Part shown: positions 41,843 to 51,248 of the stretch, in pieces
How the letters are laid out: each line of letters begins with the position of its first letter
Numbering within the stretch: the stretch's first letter is position 1
Source of the DNA: Pirellulales bacterium
GTDB taxonomy: Bacteria; Planctomycetota; Planctomycetia; Pirellulales; JAICIG01
Reading direction: 5' to 3'
Length of the DNA stretch: 64,000 nucleotides
Assembly: GCA_040901675.1 (NCBI GenBank)
Contig: JBBDYJ010000016.1
Location: forward strand, 1 to 64,000
Position numbers and translations under genes: made by a program
The notes under the pieces: model-generated
Seen by the model: only the letters and a program-made list of their open reading frames with translations
What the model was told of the DNA's origin: nothing
Database searches by the model: none

Positions 41843-43035
41843 GGCCGTTTCTCCACTATCACGAGGATGTGATTGTCGCGAGGGTCGAACTTGGGCAATC
41901 CATTGCCATTATCTTGTAAGGCCTTGCGCGCGATCTGAATACCCACGCCAAACCGCTGGACGAAGCCGAGGTTGCGCATGGCCTCAGCGACGTTGGGATT
42001 GCGGTAATCCGTGATACCCGGTTCACCGAAATTCTGGCGACTGACCTGCCCGTAAGGTCCGCCGGGGTTTTGGATCTCGATCCGGTCACTGAACCAAGTC
42101 AAACGAATCGGAGCGTTTGACGTTTGATAGTCACGGTGCATGACCGCATTACGTAGAAGTTGCTGAATAGCAGTCAAGGGATAATCGGGCTGCTGGATTT
42201 CCGTGGAAGACGTGTGAATATCCGTCGCAATATGGATGTTCGCTTTGACGATCTCATCCAGTTGACGCAACAGGTCGGGCAGAGGGCCGCTGCATTCCCT
42301 TTGGTCGGCAATCGGATCGGCGAGATTCGTCCCTTCGATGCGTAGAAACTGAACGTAGGCGCCGGGCACGTAATCGGTCGGTGACTTGCCAACCGACAGC
42401 AGCCCCACAACGGTGGGTGCATGAGGCGCAGCCGCTACGACAAAGCGCACGGACGCCAACTGCTGCTCGGTCGTACGCTGGTTCTGTTCGAGCACATCCG
42501 TGGCAATGGCGGCAGGCAGGTACAAGCGGCAGAACAAGTCGAGATCGAGGTCATCCAGGCTGGCAGCTTGGATGACGTGCAGATCGAACGGGAGATCGCG
42601 ACCGCGTCTCTTTTCATTTAGTCGCCGTTCCTCCTCCACAGAAGCGGTCGCACGTCGAGGGCCGACGCGAATCCAGACTCGACCGTTGTAGCGGACGGGA
42701 GGCGCATCGGAAGGCTCAACAACAACGACAGCCAGTTCGCACCCAGCCAGATTCCTCTTTCCTACGGCCATCGTTGGCAACGGAAGGATGTTGCCATCCG
42801 ACCGCATATCGGCCAGTTGGCAAAGTAACTCGTCAGTGATTGGAAGATTTGCACAGTCGCCATTGTCGCGGACGCCGATAAACAGAACTCCAGGCTGCCG
42901 ATGGTCGGGCATATCGTTCGCAAAGGCGCAGATTGCCTGACGAATCCTCCCGGTGTCACCAAATGATTCCTTCCGTTCCACACGGTCGGATTCTCGGTCC
43001 AATAACAACGTTTCCAATTCCGCGTCAGTCAACAT
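41839..43035 (-). CDS. AlbA_2 (Schlafen-like) + HATPase_c_4 protein
   Basis: ESDRVERK, ICAFAN, LFIGVRDNG; C-terminal NAVMHRDY, IEIQNPG, YRNPNVAE, VQRFGVG; GGAGGT SD. Confidence 0.85.
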   Translation of the reverse strand: MLTDAELETLLLDRESDRVERKESFGDTGRIRQAICAFANDMPDHRQPGVLFIGVRDNGDCANLPITDELLCQLADMRSDGNILPLPTMAVGKRNLAGCELAVVVVEPSDAPPVRYNGRVWIRVGPRRATASVEEERRLNEKRRGRDLPFDLHVIQAASLDDLDLDLFCRLYLPAAIATDVLEQNQRTTEQQLASVRFVVAAAPHAPTVVGLLSVGKSPTDYVPGAYVQFLRIEGTNLADPIADQRECSGPLPDLLRQLDEIVKANIHIATDIHTSSTEIQQPDYPLTAIQQLLRNAVMHRDYQTSNAPIRLTWFSDRIEIQNPGGPYGQVSRQNFGEPGITDYRNPNVAEAMRNLGFVQRFGVGIQIARKALQDNGNGLPKFDPRDNHILVIVEKRP

Positions 43036-43072
43036 TTCAAATTACCTCCAAATACGAGGCACCGATCTCACT

Positions 43073-46000
43073 CTACTGGGCCGCGTTTATCGCATCCCGC
43101 GCGCTAATCAAAACGCTGCCTTTCGTCTTTGCTAAGAGCCTGCGGAAGGGATCTTGTATCCGGATCAATCTTGGGTTGGCCGTTGCGCAGTCGTAGACCA
43201 CGTAGAGCCAGTACTCGTCGCGCAGGTTGCAGGCCTTGGCCCACTCGTTGCGCAACACTTCAACCTCCCCCACGCCGGCACGCCCCTTGACCTCGATGCT
43301 GCGCTTTCCTGTGGGCCGCGTTGACCAAAGATCGAAGCCGGGGTGCTCCGGCAACCCGGCGGCCAGTGCCAGGTCCCGCGTGTGAACGTCGGTGACGATG
43401 CCGCCGCTCGATTCCTCGAAGGCCCAGGCCAACGCCATGGCCACGTTTTCCGTTTTGGCCTCGTACTGTTCGCGGTCGGCGGGGTCGCTGGAGGGGACGG
43501 CCAGGGCGTGGGCAATGAAATCGACGCGCTTGGGGCTGATCAACTCCGGCTCGCGCCGCAAAAGCGCGATGGCCTGCTCGCGGCGGTCGGTGAGTTGCCG
43601 CTGCTGATGCTTGATGCGGGCGAGCTCCTTCTGGGCGGCGGCGTTGCCGGCGCGGGCCTTGTCGCTCTGCTTGGCGCGAGCCGCCGCGAGCTCCACTTCC
43701 TGGAAATCGAATCCCCGCCGCACAAAGCTCTCGCGCTCGGCCAGCGTGGAGATCAGGGCGTGCCGGCGCTGGGCGGCCAGTTCTCGGGCGACCCGCTCCA
43801 CCAGGAAGGCCCGCGCCTGCTCCAGCATCCCCTCGGCATTCACGGCCAACCGCTGGGCCATGGCCGGCAGGCCGTGGCCGCCTTTGAGCAGCAAAAGGTG
43901 CTCCACGGGACAGAGGTGGATTTGCGCGCCCTCGTACTGTTTCAGGCCGACCAGCCGGCAATCGAGGATGTCTTCCTGGGCCAGGTCGGGCACGTCGGGA
44001 TCCGCCTGGCGGGCGACGGAGACCAGCGCGAGGTGGAACAGGTAGGGCCTCTCCGCCGCCGGATCGACGAAGACGGCGCCGCGGAGCGCATCGGCGCCAA
44101 GCCGGTCGTTGACCACGGTCCGAAACGCCTCGAACAGCGGCTCGCCGGGATGAACCCAGACAGCTTCAGAAATCAGCCCGCTCACTGGGCGAGCGGGAGC
44201 TGCGTCTCGTGGAGCAACGCGACCACTATCGGGGCGAGTGAACGAGAGGCAGCCGCGCTGCCGCGGCGGGTAGGCATCCAGAACCTGCAACAGCGGATCG
44301 GCGCCGCCGTCCGTGGACCGCAGGCTGAAGCAACCACCCGGATCGCCGGTGAGCTCGATGCCGACCAACGGCGCAGCCCGCTCAAAGAACTGGCGGACGT
44401 AACCGGGGAGCAGCCGCTGGTACATCTCGCGGTCGAGACACTCGCGCAGCCGGGGCAGCTCCCGCGAGACGTCGCCCGCGTGGCCGTACAACGAGCGTTC
44501 CCGCGCCGCCAGATTCTCCACCTGCTCCGCCGTAAGCCGGCCGTCGAGTTCCCGAACGGCCTCGTCGGTAGCGTCTTCGGCGGCCATTTGCATGTATTGC
44601 TTGATGGACACCCCTTCGAAGAGGCGGCCGACACAATCAAAAACCTTGTCGCAGCGCAGCTCTTTGCGGATGCGCTCCAGCTTGTCCAGCAGCGTCTGTA
44701 TGACGCGCCCTTCGCGCGTCTTTGGGGCGACCAGGTTCAGGATGATGACGGGGTCGTGCTTTTGGCCATAGCGGTGGATGCGGCCCATGCGCTGCTCGAG
44801 ACGCGCCGGGTTCCACGGCACGTCGTAGTTGATCATGATCCAGCAGAACTGCAGGTTGATGCCTTCGGCGGCCGCATCGGTGCAGAGCATGAAACGGGCG
44901 CCACCCTGGTCGGCCGACAGCCGGAATCGTTCGACCTGCTGCTGGCGCTCGGTGTAATGCATGCCGCCATGAATTTGGGCGATCTTGCCGGTGTAACCCA
45001 TGCCTTCCAAGCGGCGGACCAGGAAGTCGAGCGTGTCGCGGTGTTCGGTGAAGACGATGAGCTTCTCCTCGCCAAACTTCGGATCGACGAGCACCTCGCG
45101 CAGGCGCTCGAACTTCGATTCCGTACCAGCGTCGTAGACGCGCTTGGCCAGCGTCTGCAACTGCTGAACCTGTTGAAGCTCGATTTGAAGGTCGACCAAC
45201 GATGCCGCGACGACCCCCTCGAGCAAGCGGTCTTCTGCAACCTCGTTCTGCTCCCGGTCGCCTTCGGCCGTCTCTTCATCGGCCGTTGTGCTGTCGAGCA
45301 GGTCGTCTTCGTCGCGCATGCGGCGCTGCATCGTGACGAGCTGTTCAATGGTCAGCTCGCCATCCCGAATCCGCTCGATCAGGCCGTGCAGCTTGTCGAT
45401 TCGGCGCTCAAACGACCGCAGCAAGGCGAACGTGGAGCTGGCAAGACGGCGCTGGAAGACGCTCATCGCCAAGCGGGCGGCCGAACGATTGAGCATTTTG
45501 GCCTTGTTGTAGACGAGCCGCAGGTACTCGGTCGTTTCATCGTAGAGCGCTTGTTCGCTGACCGCGCCCTGGCCGAGATCGTACCCCAGCGTGTCGGAGA
45601 TCCGCTTGGGATAGAGCGGGTTGCCGTCCAGGCGCACCATCTCCTCCTTGGTGCGACGGATGAAGTGCAACTGCCGGCGCTCGCTGGGGTAGTCGGCGAA
45701 GGCCTCGTACGTCGACAGAACCTCGGGTTCGAGCAAGCGCCACAGCGCAAAGTAGGGATAATCCTTGCCCATGTGCGGAGTGGCCGTGAGCAATAACAAG
45801 TGGTGCGCGCTCCACGGCAAGCGCCAGGCCTCGTCGATGCCCTTGACCCCGGCCAGACCTTCGGCGACCTCGTAGCGATCGGTCTTGCGGACATACAGGT
45901 CGGCGCCTCGATTGGCGGACAGCTTGTGGGCCTCGTCAAAAACCACCAGGTCGTACGGCACGACGCTGGGCTCTTTGAGACGGGCGAACACCCGGGGCGT

Positions 46001-46672
46001 GACTAACGTGTCGACGCTGATGATGACGCGGTCGCCCTCTTCGCCCGCAAATGGGTTGGCACTGCGCGCATCCGGGCCGCTGATGACTTGGAAGGGAAGA
46101 CTGAAGAGCTTGGCTAGCTCGCTCTGCCAGTTGCCCACGAGGCCGGCGGGCGCGACAATCAGGACGCGCTTCAGCAGCCTGCGGGAAAGCATCTCGCGGA
46201 TGTACAGGCCGGTCATGATCGTCTTGCCGGCCCCGGCATCGTCAGCGAGCAGGTACCGCAGCCGGTCCTGCTTCAGCATGTGGTCGTAGACGGCGATCCG
46301 CTGATGCGGCAGCGGATCGATCAGCGAGATCTCGGTGGCAAACACCGGGTTCGCCATGTGGCCGAACGTGAGGCGTTCGCCCTCGGCGATCGCCTGGACC
46401 GCAGCGGAGTCGGCGGTAAAGTCGAGAAGCGGCGGAGCCGGCTCGTCGTCGGCGCGCTGTGGTTGCGTCGGCGGCTCAAGGACCAACCGCTCGATTTGTG
46501 CCCAGAAGAGCCGGGAGGGCCTGGTCTGGCCGTTCTCCCAACGGTTGACCGTGGCGAACGAGACGCCGACGCGATCGGCCAGGGCCTGTTGAGTCAGCGC
46601 AAGGCGCCCACGAACCCGCCGGATGCGGTCCGAGTAGTCGTCCGGCACAGGGATGTTGGTGGCGGGGGCCAT
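43073..46672 (-). CDS. XRE-HTH + SNF2 helicase + DUF3883-like nuclease domain
   Basis: LTQQALADRVGVSFATVNRWENG; LLADDAGAGKT, DEAH, LTATPH, EGINLQ, EQRMGRIHRYGQ; C-terminal GFDLWS...IEVKGR. Confidence 0.9.
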   Translation of the reverse strand: MAPATNIPVPDDYSDRIRRVRGRLALTQQALADRVGVSFATVNRWENGQTRPSRLFWAQIERLVLEPPTQPQRADDEPAPPLLDFTADSAAVQAIAEGERLTFGHMANPVFATEISLIDPLPHQRIAVYDHMLKQDRLRYLLADDAGAGKTIMTGLYIREMLSRRLLKRVLIVAPAGLVGNWQSELAKLFSLPFQVISGPDARSANPFAGEEGDRVIISVDTLVTPRVFARLKEPSVVPYDLVVFDEAHKLSANRGADLYVRKTDRYEVAEGLAGVKGIDEAWRLPWSAHHLLLLTATPHMGKDYPYFALWRLLEPEVLSTYEAFADYPSERRQLHFIRRTKEEMVRLDGNPLYPKRISDTLGYDLGQGAVSEQALYDETTEYLRLVYNKAKMLNRSAARLAMSVFQRRLASSTFALLRSFERRIDKLHGLIERIRDGELTIEQLVTMQRRMRDEDDLLDSTTADEETAEGDREQNEVAEDRLLEGVVAASLVDLQIELQQVQQLQTLAKRVYDAGTESKFERLREVLVDPKFGEEKLIVFTEHRDTLDFLVRRLEGMGYTGKIAQIHGGMHYTERQQQVERFRLSADQGGARFMLCTDAAAEGINLQFCWIMINYDVPWNPARLEQRMGRIHRYGQKHDPVIILNLVAPKTREGRVIQTLLDKLERIRKELRCDKVFDCVGRLFEGVSIKQYMQMAAEDATDEAVRELDGRLTAEQVENLAARERSLYGHAGDVSRELPRLRECLDREMYQRLLPGYVRQFFERAAPLVGIELTGDPGGCFSLRSTDGGADPLLQVLDAYPPRQRGCLSFTRPDSGRVAPRDAAPARPVSGLISEAVWVHPGEPLFEAFRTVVNDRLGADALRGAVFVDPAAERPYLFHLALVSVARQADPDVPDLAQEDILDCRLVGLKQYEGAQIHLCPVEHLLLLKGGHGLPAMAQRLAVNAEGMLEQARAFLVERVARELAAQRRHALISTLAERESFVRRGFDFQEVELAAARAKQSDKARAGNAAAQKELARIKHQQRQLTDRREQAIALLRREPELISPKRVDFIAHALAVPSSDPADREQYEAKTENVAMALAWAFEESSGGIVTDVHTRDLALAAGLPEHPGFDLWSTRPTGKRSIEVKGRAGVGEVEVLRNEWAKACNLRDEYWLYVVYDCATANPRLIRIQDPFRRLLAKTKGSVLISARDAINAAQ

Positions 46673-46713
46673 TCGTCGGGCCAGGAGCCCCACGGCGGAT
46701 AAAACCGCTCAAG

Positions 46714-46741
46714 ATCATAGCAACTGTTATATGGAATGCAA
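46714..46741 (-). promoter_or_regulatory. Putative promoter of the defence operon
   Basis: TTGCAT (46741-46736), 16-bp spacer, extended -10 TGcTATGAT (46719-46714) in an AT-rich patch. Confidence 0.5.
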
Positions 46742-46948
46742 CAATGTCACGCGAATAATGTTCGAGAGCGGTCTCGCAGGGACGCAAAATCGGACACAAG
46801 CTATTCAAGAACAAGCAGTTGCAACCGCTAGAGAGGCCGCATGGCTGAAAAGGAGGAACCACTCGCGGAGCGAGTGGACCACACTGGAGCCGGGCTGGGA
46901 AGCCCACCCTACATCCCTCCGCTACACCCACTGGCGGAGCGCGGCCAC

Positions 46949-47737
46949 TCATTTTTTGGCGGCCGGGGGCGGGGACCGGGTTAGCAGGGGCTTGAGCTCC
47001 TCGCCGCTCAGCATCTGGGGCGTGGCGTCGTCAAGGATCACGTTGCTGCCGCCGCGAGGGTGATAGCTGAAGCGGGTCCGCTGACCCAGCGGAGCGGGGC
47101 CGCCGGGGATGTAGGCAATGTCCTTGGGCTCGAGCCAGTTAATGCCCGACTCGCACACCTCGACCAATAAGAGCGGGGCGGCCGGCTTGCCCTTGACGGG
47201 TGGCCGGTTGGTGGTGTTGGCCGGCGGCGCGGAGATCAGCCCGGTGGCCGGATCGATCACCGCCAGGTAACTCGTCTGAGAATCGAGCTGACCGGGGTCG
47301 CAGGGGCAGCCGTAGACGAGCGGCATGCGCTCGGCCAGGCGGCGGTTGTTGGGCCCGTCCCAGGCCTCGTCGAACCGATACTCGGCGTGCAGATCCTGCT
47401 CCGGTTTATCCAGGTAGGGCAGCAGCAAGACCCGCCAGGTGTGGGCGGGCCGGCCCTGCGCATCCTTGACGATGGCCGGCGGGTAGACCGAGAAGTCGCC
47501 ATGATACGCGTCCAATGCCAGGACAATCCGTTGCATTTGGGTGGAGCACTCCGCCGCTTCCATTTGGGCCTGGGCCATCCGGGCAAGGTTTCGAAAGAAG
47601 ACGACCAGGCCGCCCGCGCATAGGAAGAAGCAAACGCCCAGGACCAGCAGAATCGCGAAGCCTGACCAGCCGGACGCCGACTTGGGGGCAGGCGCGGTGG
47701 TCTGGGAAGGCGTGGCGGTCGAGGCTTGGGGCTCCAT
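46949..47737 (-). CDS. DUF1559-like membrane-anchored protein
   Basis: TM helix then C...MQRIVLALDAYH....PPA....HTWRVLLLPY...FDEAWDGPNN; HPRGGSNV. Confidence 0.8.
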   Translation of the reverse strand: MEPQASTATPSQTTAPAPKSASGWSGFAILLVLGVCFFLCAGGLVVFFRNLARMAQAQMEAAECSTQMQRIVLALDAYHGDFSVYPPAIVKDAQGRPAHTWRVLLLPYLDKPEQDLHAEYRFDEAWDGPNNRRLAERMPLVYGCPCDPGQLDSQTSYLAVIDPATGLISAPPANTTNRPPVKGKPAAPLLLVEVCESGINWLEPKDIAYIPGGPAPLGQRTRFSYHPRGGSNVILDDATPQMLSGEELKPLLTRSPPPAAKK

Positions 47738-47745
47738 GGAGTGCC

Positions 47746-48408
47746 TCACGTTTTCGGGTCGAGCCTGGCCCTGGCCTGCCGCACGACCTGGACATACTGG
47801 CGGGCCAGGCTCTCGATCCGCCCCATGTCGCCCCGCGCCAGCGCGGCGGGTTCGACCAGCGAGCCGCCGATGCCCAGGGCGCACGCGCCGGCCTCGATAA
47901 ACGCGGCCGCCGTTTCCAGGTTGACGCCGCCCGTGGGGAGCAACCGCACCTGGGGCAGCGGGCCGTGCAAGGCCTTGATGTACGCGGGACCCGCCAGCTC
48001 GGAGGGAAACAACTTGACGATATCCGCGCCGGCCTCCCAGGCGGTGAGCACTTCGGTGGGCGTCAGGGCGCCGGGGAGCACCAGCTTGCCGTAACGGCGG
48101 CACAAACGGATGACGTCCAGGTTGATCGCGGGCGAAACGATGAACTGCGCGCCGGCCAGCAGGGCGACGCGGGCGGTCTCGGGATCGAGCACCGTGCCGG
48201 CACCCAGGAGCAGCTTGTCTCCAAGCTGATCGGCGAGGTGCTCGAGCACCTTGGACGCGTGCGGCACGGTGAAGGTGACCTCCATGACGTCGATGCCGCC
48301 GGCCAGCAGGGCCTGGGCCGCATCGACCAGGCGGCTGCCGTCGGGGGCCCGCAGGATGGCCACGATGCCCGTTTGCAGGAGGCGGGCGAGAGGATCGTTT
48401 TGTCGCAT
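47746..48408 (-). CDS. eda: KDPG/KHG aldolase
   Basis: GIVAILR, MEVT, GAGTVL, TPTE, VKLFP, PTGGV. Confidence 0.92.
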   Translation of the reverse strand: MRQNDPLARLLQTGIVAILRAPDGSRLVDAAQALLAGGIDVMEVTFTVPHASKVLEHLADQLGDKLLLGAGTVLDPETARVALLAGAQFIVSPAINLDVIRLCRRYGKLVLPGALTPTEVLTAWEAGADIVKLFPSELAGPAYIKALHGPLPQVRLLPTGGVNLETAAAFIEAGACALGIGGSLVEPAALARGDMGRIESLARQYVQVVRQARARLDPKT

Positions 48409-48615
48409 AGGGGCATGTTGGACGAGGGGCCGGGCAAAGTCAACGCGCCGGATATGGCGGTTGCGGCCGGCGGGCGCGGAAGTGCCGCAAGATCCGTAAG
48501 TACAAGCTATAGCGGTTGTTGATGCTGGACTGTGCCGTACCAATGTGCATAATAGCCTTAGCGGTCGGGTCGGCGAGTTTAGGCACTGCACCAGCGCGTC
48601 ACGGCGCGCCGTTTC

Positions 48616-48879
48616 ATGCCAGAATTCCTTGAGAGGGCCGAGGCACAGCTCGTGATCGTGCTGTCGGTGGGAGCTGCGCTTGTCGCGGTGGGTGTTTACG
48701 TTGTGGGGCGGGTGCGCGGCGCGGCCACGCAAAGCGAGCCGCAAGGCCACGAGTTGATGACGAATTTTCGGGAATTGCATTCCCGGGGTCAGCTAACCGA
48801 TGAGGAATACCGAAACATAAAGACGATGCTGGCACCGCGGCTCCCGGGCGAGTTAAAGGATAAGGGCGACGAGGGTTAA
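48616..48879 (+). CDS. Small membrane protein with SHOCT-like tail
   Basis: TM helix then FRELHSRGQLTDEEYRNIK. Confidence 0.7.
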   Translation: MPEFLERAEAQLVIVLSVGAALVAVGVYVVGRVRGAATQSEPQGHELMTNFRELHSRGQLTDEEYRNIKTMLAPRLPGELKDKGDEG

Positions 48880-49036
48880 GACGCCTGGGACCGGCACCGC
48901 GGGAGGAACCGGTTCGTTCGGTTTTGACGTTGCCAGACAGGTTCGACGTTGCGAGACAGAACGGCCCGCCGCGCAGCAAGCGGACAAACAGCGGCGGCCT
49001 GGGCAGCGTAGAGGGAAGATACGCGGCGAGGGACCT

Positions 49037-49206
49037 CGGCGGTGCAGAAACGCGGCGGTGCAGAAAACTCGGCGGTACAGAAACGCGGCGGTACAGAAAC
49101 TTGGTCGGATAGCTCGAAGCGATCGCGGACAAGGATGCCCCCCGGGCCAATCGGCAATGTCTGGTCGGCAATGTCTGGTCGGCAATATCTGGTCGGCAAT
49201 GTCTGG
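49037..49206. repeat. Two short tandem repeats upstream of clpX
   Basis: CGGCGGT(G/A)CAGAAAC x4 (49037-49101) and TCGGCAAT(G/A)TCTGG x4 (49151-49206). Confidence 0.9.
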
Positions 49207-49296
49207 CACTGGCCACTCGAGCGACAGCTTTGATTTTATGCCATGCCTGGCCGCCCGCGCGGGCGGCGAGTGCCTGGTGAGGCGAAAGGAGCAAGC

Positions 49297-50583
49297 ATGC
49301 CCCCAAGCAGGGATCCCGGAGGTCGCCGTGGTGGCGGAACCACCAAGAAGAACGCCTTCTGCTCGTTCTGCCGCAAGAGCTATCGGGACGTCGGTCCCTT
49401 GGTCGAGGGTCCCGGCGACGTCTACATCTGCGGCGAGTGCATCGAGCTGTGCCAGTCGATTCTCGAGCAAGAGCGGCGGCGCCGCGGCACGAGCAAGCAG
49501 TTGTTCACCAAGGTGCCTTCGCCTCGCGAGATCGTAGGCCAGCTCGACGAGTACGTCATCGGCCAGGAAACGGCCAAAAAGGTGCTGGCCGTGGCGGTGC
49601 ACACCCACTATAAGCGGCTGATGTTGGGCAACGAAGGCTCGGACGTCGAAATCGACAAGTCGAACATCCTGCTCATCGGGCCCACCGGCTGCGGCAAGAC
49701 GCTGCTGGCCCGCACGCTGGCCCGCATGCTCAACGTGCCGTTTGCCATCGGCGACGCCACCACGCTCACCGAGGCCGGATACGTGGGCGAAGACGTCGAA
49801 AACCTGCTGTTGAAGCTGTTGCACGCGGCCGACTTCGACCTGGAGAGCGCCCAGCGGGGCGTGCTGTACATCGACGAGATCGACAAGATCGGCAAGACCA
49901 GCCAGAACGTGTCGATCACGCGGGACGTGTCGGGCGAGGGGGTCCAGCAGGCCCTGTTGAAGATGCTCGAAGGCACGATGGCCAACGTGCCGCCGCAGGG
50001 AGGCCGCAAGCATCCCGAGCAGCAATACATCCAGATGGACACGAGCAACATCCTGTTCATCTGCGGCGGCACGTTCGTGGGAATCGAGAAGATCATCGCC
50101 AAGCGGTTGGGGCGGCGGACGATCGGCTTCGGCCAGGAGCTGGAGTCGCAATCGGGGGAATCGGAACTTGCGAAGCTGCTGCCCCAGGTGAGCAGCGACG
50201 ACATTCTGGAGTTCGGCCTGATCCCCGAGCTGGTCGGCCGCCTACCCGTGGTTTCCGCCTTGAAGCCGCTGGACACCGACTCGCTGGTGCGGGTGCTGAG
50301 CGAGCCGCGCAACGCCCTGATCCGCCAGTACCAGAAGCTATTCGAGATGGAGAACGCCGAGCTGAACTTTACGGAGGCGGCCCTGCGGGCGGTGGCCGAA
50401 AGGGCCCAGGAAAAAGAAACCGGCGCCCGCGGGCTGCGTTCGATCATTGAAGAGGTGATGCTGGAGATCATGTTCGATCTGCCGGACCAAGGCGCCGGCA
50501 AGAGTTACTTGATCACGCCGGAAGTGGTGGCGGGCCGCGAGCGTTTGTTCCCGCTGCCGGAGCCCAAACACAAAAGCGCGTAA
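49297..50583 (+). CDS. clpX: ATP-dependent Clp protease ATP-binding subunit
   Basis: CSFC...ICGEC zinc domain, [26 protein letters not shown] loop. Confidence 0.98.
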   Translation: MPPSRDPGGRRGGGTTKKNAFCSFCRKSYRDVGPLVEGPGDVYICGECIELCQSILEQERRRRGTSKQLFTKVPSPREIVGQLDEYVIGQETAKKVLAVAVHTHYKRLMLGNEGSDVEIDKSNILLIGPTGCGKTLLARTLARMLNVPFAIGDATTLTEAGYVGEDVENLLLKLLHAADFDLESAQRGVLYIDEIDKIGKTSQNVSITRDVSGEGVQQALLKMLEGTMANVPPQGGRKHPEQQYIQMDTSNILFICGGTFVGIEKIIAKRLGRRTIGFGQELESQSGESELAKLLPQVSSDDILEFGLIPELVGRLPVVSALKPLDTDSLVRVLSEPRNALIRQYQKLFEMENAELNFTEAALRAVAERAQEKETGARGLRSIIEEVMLEIMFDLPDQGAGKSYLITPEVVAGRERLFPLPEPKHKSA

Positions 50584-50647
50584 CGTTCAAGCCCATCGCC
50601 GCGCCTAGGGCGCGCCGGTGGGGGTCCAGTTCGCGCTTGCCCCAGCG

Positions 50648-50694
50648 AAACGAGCCCGGGATCGGCCAAGGCCGGTCGCGGGCTCGTTTTTTTT
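50648..50694 (+). terminator. Intrinsic terminator after clpX
   Basis: AAACGAGCCC...GGGCTCGTTT stem followed by a T-run. Confidence 0.8.
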
Positions 50695-50875
50695 GCGGCC
50701 CGCCAGTGATAGCTGCCAGCGTGATAGCTGCTGGCTGACAGCAGTTGCCGGCCGGATTTTTCGGGGAATTATCGCCAGCCGGATGCGATTGCGCGCATAG
50801 GGATCTTTTGGAGAGCCGCCATGGCGGCGGCCGGAGAACTCACTTGCGGGGCGTCGGCGACGGCGTCCGGGAGGG

Positions 50876-51178
50876 TTGCAAATGGACCAATTTCGTGGCC
50901 GCGCCGTGCGCCTCTGGATCGTCTGGTACGAGGGAGCCGATCCGACCGACTGGCGCCAGATCCCGCCGGGTGCGATCGCCCAGTGCGAGGCCTTCGATCG
51001 ATGGTTCGACCTGGCAGAGGCGGCCCAGCTTGTCGAAGGCTTCAACAAGGAGATGCTGTCGCATCCCAATCAGCGCTGGCTGGTGGCGCTGTGGGTCGCC
51101 TTAGCGTCCAGCGGGGACTTCGAGGCGGGCGAGCCGGTGGAGGGGCGGGCCATCGACTTCGGCGGCTGGCCCGCCTAG
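50876..51178 (+). CDS. Hypothetical protein
   Basis: 100-aa ORF with a GGGAGG SD and natural-looking composition. Confidence 0.5.
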   Translation: MQMDQFRGRAVRLWIVWYEGADPTDWRQIPPGAIAQCEAFDRWFDLAEAAQLVEGFNKEMLSHPNQRWLVALWVALASSGDFEAGEPVEGRAIDFGGWPA

Positions 51179-51248
51179 CGATGTGGGACGCGCCCCTGCT
51201 GTGTCCTGCTGGCTAGCCCGCTCTGCCGGCTGCGCGCTCTGGCGTGCT

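Noticed and set aside
28560..46950. Prophage or integrative element with integrase and att repeats
   Set aside because: No integrase, tRNA, phage structural gene or terminal direct repeat was found at either island end.
49037..49206. CRISPR-like short repeats
   Set aside because: Units are head-to-tail with no spacers.
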